From assembly GCA_023391815.1 (NCBI GenBank), contig JAEWAF010000023.1:14663-78662 (forward strand): a stretch of DNA of 64,000 nucleotides, in the 5' to 3' direction. The notes below the pieces were generated by a model. It ran no database searches. It was not told the origin of the DNA and worked only from the letters and a program-made list of their open reading frames with translations. Positions 47,025 through 53,835 of the stretch are shown one piece after another. This DNA comes from Pseudomonadota bacterium. Lineage in GTDB: Bacteria > Pseudomonadota > Gammaproteobacteria > Steroidobacterales > Steroidobacteraceae. The number at the start of each line of letters is the position of its first letter. Position 1 is the first letter of the stretch. Made by a program: the position numbers and the translations under genes.

Positions 47025-47555
47025 ATGGTGATGGAACAAAAAGCCATACCCGGCGCCCGCCCCGCGGAGCCGGCGGACAAAGTGGACTGGGACGCCGTGT
47101 ACGCGGACCAGCTGCCACGGATTTACAACTATTTCCGCTTCAGGTTGGGCGGCGGGGCCGAGGTCGAGGACCTGACCGCCCGCACCTTCGAGAAAGCCTG
47201 GTCGGCCCGCTCTCGGTACCGACGCGATCTCGCCGGTTTCTCGACCTGGCTGTTCCGGATCGCGCAGAACGTCGGCGTCGACTACCTCCGCTCCCGGCGA
47301 CCGCATGCGCCCTTGGACGAGGCATTCGATGTGGTGATCGAGATCACGCCCGAAAGCGAGGCGGCTCGCGATTCCGACCTGGTGCGACTGGGCCGCCTCA
47401 CGGCTCGACTGTCCGAGCGTGAGCAAGAGCTGATCGCATTGAAATACGGCGCCGCGCTCAACAATCGCGAGATCGCGGGCCTCACGGGATTGAGCGAATC
47501 GAACGTCGGTACGCTGTTGTATCGAATCGTTCAGACGCTGCGTTCGCAATGGTGA
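47025..47555 (+). CDS. ECF (sigma-70 family) RNA polymerase sigma factor
   Basis: Region 2 (LPRIYNYFRFRLGGGAEVEDLTARTFEKAW...FSTWLFRIAQNVGVDYLR) and region 4 (LSEREQELIALKYGAALNNREIAGLTGLSESNVGTLLYRI). Confidence 0.9.
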   Translation: MVMEQKAIPGARPAEPADKVDWDAVYADQLPRIYNYFRFRLGGGAEVEDLTARTFEKAWSARSRYRRDLAGFSTWLFRIAQNVGVDYLRSRRPHAPLDEAFDVVIEITPESEAARDSDLVRLGRLTARLSEREQELIALKYGAALNNREIAGLTGLSESNVGTLLYRIVQTLRSQW

Positions 47556-47570
47556 GCACAGGAAGCAGCG

Positions 47571-48980
47571 ATGCATGACGAATTCCTAACTTCACTTCGC
47601 CGCCAGCCGCCGGCTCGATTTGCCCGCGAGCTGCAGCGAAAGCTGCAAGCGCAGGAGGCGGAGGCCAGGCGGCGTTCCTGGTCGTTGTGGACCAGGACCA
47701 TTGCGTTCCTGATCGTCGGGTCCGCCGCGTTTGCCGGTGGATTCCTGGTTAGCGAACATCGGTCCGCCGGGCATGCCGGCTCAGGGCAGTCGCAAAGTCA
47801 AAGCGCCCCGGAGAGTAAAGCCGCGTCGCCGGACTATCGTCCACCACGGATCAATCCCACGTTCGTGCCAGAGGGCAGCGATACAAACGCTTTCCATGCC
47901 TCACGGCAAAGCAGCGCCGCGTCGACGACCAGCGGTGGCTCGGCTCAAGCCCGACGCGCAACAGATGTCTCCAACGCCGCACCGAATACGCCGGCGCAAA
48001 CAGCAAGCGGCGAGTTGATCCGAACCCCGCAATCGCGCGTGCGGGTTGCAACCTCGCCGCTCACCGACGCTTTGGTGCGGCGGAGAGTTTTGCGATCCGA
48101 CGCGCCAACCGTCGAAGTCGAAACGATGGAAGCGGACTCCGCCTTCGCCGCGTTGTGCATGCCTCGGGGCGAGGCGCAATTCGACATGGTTGTGACTTCA
48201 CGCCGGATGATCAGCACCGAGTTCGCCAATTGCCAGGACAACGCCGGCGCCAACATCTCCGAACTGAAGCTCGGCTACCAGGCGCTGGTGCTGACGAGCG
48301 CCCGGGACAGCGTTCACATGAAGCTGACCCTGAGCGATGTCTATCTCGCGGTGGCGAAACAGGTCTCCGTCCCGATGGAGCCCGAGCGTTTCATTCCCAA
48401 CCCGCACATCACGTGGGATCAGATCGACAACCTCGAATATCGCCCGATCCAGGTGTTCGGACCGGCGCGCGGCACACCTCGCCGCACGCTGTTCGAAATC
48501 CTGCTCCTCGAGCCCGGCTGCAATGCCAATCCTGCGATCAAAGCCCTGGAAAGCAGCGACCCGGAACGCCATGCCGATCTGTGCCATAGCCTGCGAAGCG
48601 ATCGCGCGTACGTGGAAGTCGAACAGAATTCGGTGCTGATTCCACAATATCTGTGGAGCGACCCGAATCCCTTAGTGCTCGTCGACTATCAGTTCTACCG
48701 CGACAATCGAGGGCAGCTCGCCGGCAGCGCAATCGAAGGACCCGAACCCTCCTACGCGACCATCGCCGACGGTTCCTATCCTCTGGCGCGCCCCGTTTAT
48801 CTATATGCGGATCGAGCACGCACCGCCCGTTCGCGTCAGGCTTACACCACCATGAGCGATCTGGAACGGCTGTGGATTATCGCGGACCCGAGCTTCGTCG
48901 AGCTCGACGAGCGCGAAGCCAGGGAGCAGCGAACGCGCCGAATGCGAAATGTTTCCGAATCGGACCTCAACAACAAATAA
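47571..48980 (+). CDS. Single-pass membrane protein: putative anti-sigma N-terminus fused to a PstS/PhoT-like type-2 periplasmic binding domain
   Basis: Starts 15 nt after the sigma stop with an AGGAAG SD. About 40 cytoplasmic aa, TM (TIAFLIVGSAAFAGGFLV), low-complexity linker, then KLGYQALVLTS...ITWDQID...IQVFGPARGTPRRTLFE...DGSYPLARPVYLYA, resembling phosphate-binding-protein-family blocks. Confidence 0.7.
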   Translation: MHDEFLTSLRRQPPARFARELQRKLQAQEAEARRRSWSLWTRTIAFLIVGSAAFAGGFLVSEHRSAGHAGSGQSQSQSAPESKAASPDYRPPRINPTFVPEGSDTNAFHASRQSSAASTTSGGSAQARRATDVSNAAPNTPAQTASGELIRTPQSRVRVATSPLTDALVRRRVLRSDAPTVEVETMEADSAFAALCMPRGEAQFDMVVTSRRMISTEFANCQDNAGANISELKLGYQALVLTSARDSVHMKLTLSDVYLAVAKQVSVPMEPERFIPNPHITWDQIDNLEYRPIQVFGPARGTPRRTLFEILLLEPGCNANPAIKALESSDPERHADLCHSLRSDRAYVEVEQNSVLIPQYLWSDPNPLVLVDYQFYRDNRGQLAGSAIEGPEPSYATIADGSYPLARPVYLYADRARTARSRQAYTTMSDLERLWIIADPSFVELDEREAREQRTRRMRNVSESDLNNK

Positions 48981-48993
48981 GGAGCCCCCGACG

Positions 48994-49593
48994 ATGAAGT
49001 CCCATGCACAGACCCTCTCGCACCTCTGCGCCGTGCTCGCGCTCTTGATCGTGCCCAACGCACACGCGCAAAGCTCGACGGCCCCCGCCAGCGAGGGTGT
49101 CGATATCGAACGAATCATCGCAGGCACCGCCAAGATGACCGGCAAGAAGTTTCTGGTCGATCCGCGCATTCGGGCGCAGGTGACATTGGTCGGTCTCGAT
49201 CCCGACCGGCTCGACTATGCCACGCTGCTCTCCGTGCTACAGATGCATGGCTTCGCCGCCTTCGACGACGGTAAATATACTCGCATCGTCCCGGACGCCT
49301 CCGCGCGACAGCAGCCCATCCCATTGCTGACCGGCAACGGCTCTTATGCCGACGCCGAATACGTCAGCCGTGTCATCACCGTAAAGAGCGTGCCCGCCGC
49401 GCTGCTCGTTCCTGTTCTGCGTCCGCTGCTTCCGCAACAAGCGCACATGGTGGCAATGCCTTGCACGAACACGCTGCTGCTCGTGGACACGTTCGCTAAC
49501 GTCAAGCGGGTCGAGAAAATCGTAAACTCTCTCGACACCGGCGAACCCTTCAAGCCCGAGAAGTGTGGCGGTATCAAGCTCAAGGCAGACTGA
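48994..49593 (+). CDS. Exported stand-alone secretin N0-N1 domain protein (GspD N-terminus-like, no secretin barrel)
   Basis: Signal peptide (LCAVLALLIVPNAHA). N0 block MTGKKFLVDPRIRAQVTLV....YATLLSVLQMHGFAAFDDGKYTRIVP. N1 block VITVKSVPAALLVPVLRPLLPQQAHMVAMPCTNTLLLVDTFANVKRVEKIVNSLD. Ends about 20 aa later. AAGGAG SD. Confidence 0.8.
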   Translation: MKSHAQTLSHLCAVLALLIVPNAHAQSSTAPASEGVDIERIIAGTAKMTGKKFLVDPRIRAQVTLVGLDPDRLDYATLLSVLQMHGFAAFDDGKYTRIVPDASARQQPIPLLTGNGSYADAEYVSRVITVKSVPAALLVPVLRPLLPQQAHMVAMPCTNTLLLVDTFANVKRVEKIVNSLDTGEPFKPEKCGGIKLKAD

Positions 49594-49681
49594 GATCGAC
49601 GGAACTCCTTTCGGCTAAGGACATTACTGACTTCATGGCTTAAGATCCGCCGCAATCCGCTCGCCGGCCCGAGGCACGCCC

Positions 49682-50266
49682 ATGAAATATTCAGCGTTAC
49701 TTCTGTCGATGATGTTATTGGCGGGTTGCGCGGCGCAGCCCACGGTGAAGTCGTGGATCGATCCGAAGTCCTCGGTCACGATCACCGCGCAGACCGAACC
49801 GCTCGTGCTCGTTCGTGCCGAGCCCGCGCCGAGCCTGAACGAGCGGGACTATGCGCAGTTGACCGCGATCGAAGTGAATCGCATGGGCGAGCGCAAGTTG
49901 TATCTGGTGGCAATTCTGTGGAGCTCCGCCGAGCTGTGGGCCGATCAGCAGCGAGGCTTGCCCAGCGTGTTTCAGCAGATCGATGTGAACGTCGGCGATC
50001 GCACCGTCGCGCTCACGCCGCACACCGGCGACGCGTCCGAGTTGGGCATCAGCGAGGCGTTGCCGCTGCCCATTCCCGGTTCGAGCCAGATCTATTTTCC
50101 CATCAGTCGCGACGATCTTGGCGCCATCTCGCGCTCGAGCAAAATTCAACTCACCGCGCGCGGCAAGCCCGATGCGCCCCGTCGTTATGAGGAATGGCAA
50201 GACGGTCGGCGGAGCTTGAACGACTTTCTCGGTCAGCTGCCCGAGCTCAATAAGCCGCAATCCTGA
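49682..50266 (+). CDS. Hypothetical lipoprotein
   Basis: MKYSALLLSMMLLAGC lipobox. 194 aa. No family recognised. Confidence 0.7.
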   Translation: MKYSALLLSMMLLAGCAAQPTVKSWIDPKSSVTITAQTEPLVLVRAEPAPSLNERDYAQLTAIEVNRMGERKLYLVAILWSSAELWADQQRGLPSVFQQIDVNVGDRTVALTPHTGDASELGISEALPLPIPGSSQIYFPISRDDLGAISRSSKIQLTARGKPDAPRRYEEWQDGRRSLNDFLGQLPELNKPQS

Positions 50267-52129
50267 CTAGTGCTGAATCCCCGGCACTCGGATCGAACGC
50301 TCATCGCCGATCTCGAGCGGGATGATCCCAAACTGGCGGCGCCACGGCGAAGTCACGTCGTTGCCGAACATCGTCGACCAGTACTGACCCTGTTTGTCAC
50401 GAAACACCGTGCCATGCCCGGCGTGCGGCGCGCCGAGCCGGCGTTTGGTGTAAGGACCGAACAAGGATTTCGAGGTGCCATACATCATGTCGTAAGTCCC
50501 ATGAGTGCGCAGCGGACCATGCCACTCGGCGCCGGTGACGAAATAGATATCGCCGACCTTGATGATCGCGTTGCCTTCGTAACCGATGTGTGCGCCATCG
50601 GTGTCGACCAGACGATGCACCGGACCGTCGAATGCGTCGCGCTTCGCATTGAGCTTGCCGAGGTTGCCACCGCCCCAGAGCAGATACAGATCGCTGCCGT
50701 CCTCGAACAGAAATCCGTCGATGCCGTCGACGAAGTGCTGGCGGGTGACGTTCTCGTAGGGGCCTTCTGCTTTGCCGGTGGTCGATCGATAGATCCAGGT
50801 CTTGCCGCCGACGTCGCGCTCCATGATGGACAAAGCGATGTAGTACGTTTTATCGCCCGCCACCCAGGCGATCTCGGGCGCCCACAGCTCGGCAGTGTTC
50901 TTGAAAGCGCGACCCAGGCCTTTCCAATTGAAAACCGTTCCGTCCCGGTGCCATGCCTTCAAATCCGGCGAGCGATACAACGTGATACCGCCGTTGGGAT
51001 ACGTGTAGCCGAATCCTCCTTGCGTGCCGACCAGGTAATACTGGCCATCCCCGCCCAAGGTGACCGACGGATCGCGCATCGTCTCAGCGGTGAGCAACGG
51101 ACGCGCGGACGCGACGGCGCTATTCTCGGTGAGAATGTTCTGTGACTGACGCAACCGACCATCCGGCGCGCGCTCGAGTGGCACCAGACCGACCTGCTCG
51201 CAGAACAACGCGAAGTTGTCCTCACACTTCGGGTTGTAACTCGCATATAGCGCGCCGTGCTCATCACGCACGATGGACGACTGCCCTGCGTGAGGAACCG
51301 CGAGATAGCGCAATGAGAACGGCCCGTACGGCGAGGACGCTTCAGCCATGAACACATCGTCGGTCGGACTGCGCATCCGACCGGTGACTTCATTGGCCAC
51401 CAGCACGTAGTGACCGTTGTCCTTGAACATCGAGGCGCCTGCGGAGCCGACGCGCGTGCGTACCGGCCAGTCCTTGCCTGGCGGAGGCTGGGTCGCGAAC
51501 AACGCCGGATCAGGCTTCAGAAAACGTGGCATTTCGGCGAGGCGCTGTAGATCTGGCGCCAAGCGCGCGATCGTCCCCGCGCCCCACAACAAATACGCCG
51601 CGCCATCATCGTCGATAAACAACGATGGATCGGAAGCGTTCTCGACGAGGCAGGGCGAACTCGCGTATGCCTCCGCCGGACGCGCCACCGATCCACGCGC
51701 GACTCGCGCGCAGCCGCTCGAGTCGGCATAAGTGAGATACAGCGAATCGCCGTGAGCGGAGACGTCTGGCGCAGCGATCCGCTCACCTTTCGCATGCACG
51801 ATCCCGAGCGAGCGCCAGTTGCGACGGTCTGTCGACGTCCAGAGCTGAATTCCGTCGCGTGGCAGATCGCGCAGTACCGTGCCGGTCAGAAACCATTCGT
51901 TATTGGCGGCGCGAGCGATGGACGCATCGAGCAGCGCTCTGGACGAAAACAACGACTCGACCGGCCGTGCGCTCGTCGACGGCAGCACCGTCGCGTTTTT
52001 ATCCATCGACGGATGATCGAGAAAGATGTCATCGGCGGGCGGCTTGCGCTTCGCCTCACCGAATGCCGGCGCACTCAGCGCCAGCATCACCGCCAGCGTT
52101 ATGATTCCTTGTCCAAGGCATCCCGTCAT
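50267..52129 (-). CDS. Glycoside hydrolase family 43-like protein (two five-bladed-propeller-like modules)
   Basis: The second module has MRDPSVTLGGDGQYYLVGT, ELWAPEIAW, DGFLFEDGSDLYLLWG, YEGNAIIKVGDIYFVTG and GHGTVFRDKQGQYW (GH43 Asp/Asp/Glu block pattern). The first module is more divergent. The ATG at 52129 shares a base with the sulfatase stop (TAATG). Confidence 0.85.
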   Translation of the reverse strand: MTGCLGQGIITLAVMLALSAPAFGEAKRKPPADDIFLDHPSMDKNATVLPSTSARPVESLFSSRALLDASIARAANNEWFLTGTVLRDLPRDGIQLWTSTDRRNWRSLGIVHAKGERIAAPDVSAHGDSLYLTYADSSGCARVARGSVARPAEAYASSPCLVENASDPSLFIDDDGAAYLLWGAGTIARLAPDLQRLAEMPRFLKPDPALFATQPPPGKDWPVRTRVGSAGASMFKDNGHYVLVANEVTGRMRSPTDDVFMAEASSPYGPFSLRYLAVPHAGQSSIVRDEHGALYASYNPKCEDNFALFCEQVGLVPLERAPDGRLRQSQNILTENSAVASARPLLTAETMRDPSVTLGGDGQYYLVGTQGGFGYTYPNGGITLYRSPDLKAWHRDGTVFNWKGLGRAFKNTAELWAPEIAWVAGDKTYYIALSIMERDVGGKTWIYRSTTGKAEGPYENVTRQHFVDGIDGFLFEDGSDLYLLWGGGNLGKLNAKRDAFDGPVHRLVDTDGAHIGYEGNAIIKVGDIYFVTGAEWHGPLRTHGTYDMMYGTSKSLFGPYTKRRLGAPHAGHGTVFRDKQGQYWSTMFGNDVTSPWRRQFGIIPLEIGDERSIRVPGIQH

Positions 52130-53832
52130 TACGGCTCGCTGCGTTGACGTGCGTTCACCGAGGCCGACCACTCGTTCCACAGCTTCGCCATCGCCGCCGC
52201 GCGCTTCGGCTCCGCTTTGACGAGATCGCGCGTCTCGCTGCGATCGTTCGCCAGGTGATAGAGCGACCACGGCGCATACACCTTAGACTGCGGGCCCGGC
52301 GCACGGGCCACCAACTTCCAATCGTCGAGGATGACCGCACGCGACCCCTCGTGCTCGAAGAACAGCGGTTTGCCGCGGGACATCTTCTTGCCCTTGATCG
52401 CTGGCACCAGGGAGACGCCGTCGACCGGCGGCTGCCCCTCGGTGCGCGGCTTCACGCCGGCCAACTCATAAAACGTTGGCGCGATATCCATGATGTGCCC
52501 CAGGCTGTCCACGCGAGTACCGGGCTTGAGCTTGATTCCTTTCGGCCAGCTGATGATGAACGGCGTGTGCACGCCGCCGTCGTATGCTTCAGCCTTCCAA
52601 TAACGCCACGGCGTGTTGGCCGCATTCGCCCAGAACGAGCCGATGCCTGCCATGCTCGTGTCCGATCCGAGGGTCGGTTGATCCGCGCCGTAATGAATCT
52701 TTCTGCCGTCCCGTGTTTCGCTCTGGCGATCGTAGCCCGGTTGATAGCCGCGGCTGCCGGTCATCGTTTCCGGTGAAGCGCCATTGTCGGCGAGAAACAC
52801 GATCACCGTGTTCTCATATTGGCCGGTGCGTTTCAGCGCATCGATGACTCGACCGATGCCCTGGTCCATGACATCGATCATCGCGGCATGTACGGACATC
52901 TTCGCCGATGCCTGCGCACGCTCGGTCGCGCTCAACTGATCCCACGGCTTCTCCGGATTCACCGCCCAATCGCCGGACAGTCGGGTCTTCGGCGTGGTGG
53001 CGGGATCGATGAGGCCCAGCTGCACCAATCTCGCGTAACGTGCTTCGTGAAGTTGTTCCCAGCCGCCGTCATATCGGCCGCGATACTTCGCGATGGCACG
53101 CTCGGGCGCATGCAACGGCCAGTGAGGCGCGGTGTAAGCGAGATACATCAGGAACGGACGCTCGTCCCTGGCGAACGACTCGATGTCGCGGACGGCGCGA
53201 TCGCTCAGCGCATCGGTGAGATAAAAATCCTTCGGCACGGCACGCACCGGCTCGAATCCTTCGACCAGCGAGAACGGATCGAAATAGCTGGAAACGCCCC
53301 AGACCAGACCGTAGTGAGTCTCGAAGCCGCGCGCCGCCGGGTACGTCGAGCGATCGCCGAAGTCACGGTCCGGATACGCCTGATGATTGATCCACTTCAG
53401 ATGCTCCGTGGGATCGGCAATTGGCGTAGCCCGCGTGAGGTGCCACTTGCCGACCATCGCCGTTCGGTACTGAGCATCCTTGAATTCCTGCGCGATCGTG
53501 CGCACGTCGACGGACATGCTGCCGCCGTTCTCGCCCATGCCCACCCGGTGCGCGTACCGACCGGTAAGCAAGTTGGCTCGCGAAGGCGAGCAGCGAGCCG
53601 AGTTGTAAAAGTTCGTGAACTGCAAACCGGCCGACGCGAGGCGGTCGATGTTGGGGGTGTCGATCTCACCGCCATAGGCGCCCACATCGGAATAACCGAG
53701 GTCGTCCGCCATGATGATCAGAAAGTTGGGACGCTCATCGGCGGCTTGCGCCGCCGATGAGGTGTGTGCCCAGAGCGCGGCGCCGATGGCCAGCGCCGCT
53801 CCAACCTGCTTGAGCAGACCGTTCAATGCCAT
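52129..53832 (-). CDS. Arylsulfatase (formylglycine-dependent, S1 family), exported
   Basis: PNFLIIMADDLGYSDVGAYGGEI and the FGly motif SARCSPSRANLLTGR. Signal peptide. Starts 3 nt after the TBDR stop. Confidence 0.92.
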   Translation of the reverse strand: MALNGLLKQVGAALAIGAALWAHTSSAAQAADERPNFLIIMADDLGYSDVGAYGGEIDTPNIDRLASAGLQFTNFYNSARCSPSRANLLTGRYAHRVGMGENGGSMSVDVRTIAQEFKDAQYRTAMVGKWHLTRATPIADPTEHLKWINHQAYPDRDFGDRSTYPAARGFETHYGLVWGVSSYFDPFSLVEGFEPVRAVPKDFYLTDALSDRAVRDIESFARDERPFLMYLAYTAPHWPLHAPERAIAKYRGRYDGGWEQLHEARYARLVQLGLIDPATTPKTRLSGDWAVNPEKPWDQLSATERAQASAKMSVHAAMIDVMDQGIGRVIDALKRTGQYENTVIVFLADNGASPETMTGSRGYQPGYDRQSETRDGRKIHYGADQPTLGSDTSMAGIGSFWANAANTPWRYWKAEAYDGGVHTPFIISWPKGIKLKPGTRVDSLGHIMDIAPTFYELAGVKPRTEGQPPVDGVSLVPAIKGKKMSRGKPLFFEHEGSRAVILDDWKLVARAPGPQSKVYAPWSLYHLANDRSETRDLVKAEPKRAAAMAKLWNEWSASVNARQRSEP

Positions 53833-53835
53833 CGC

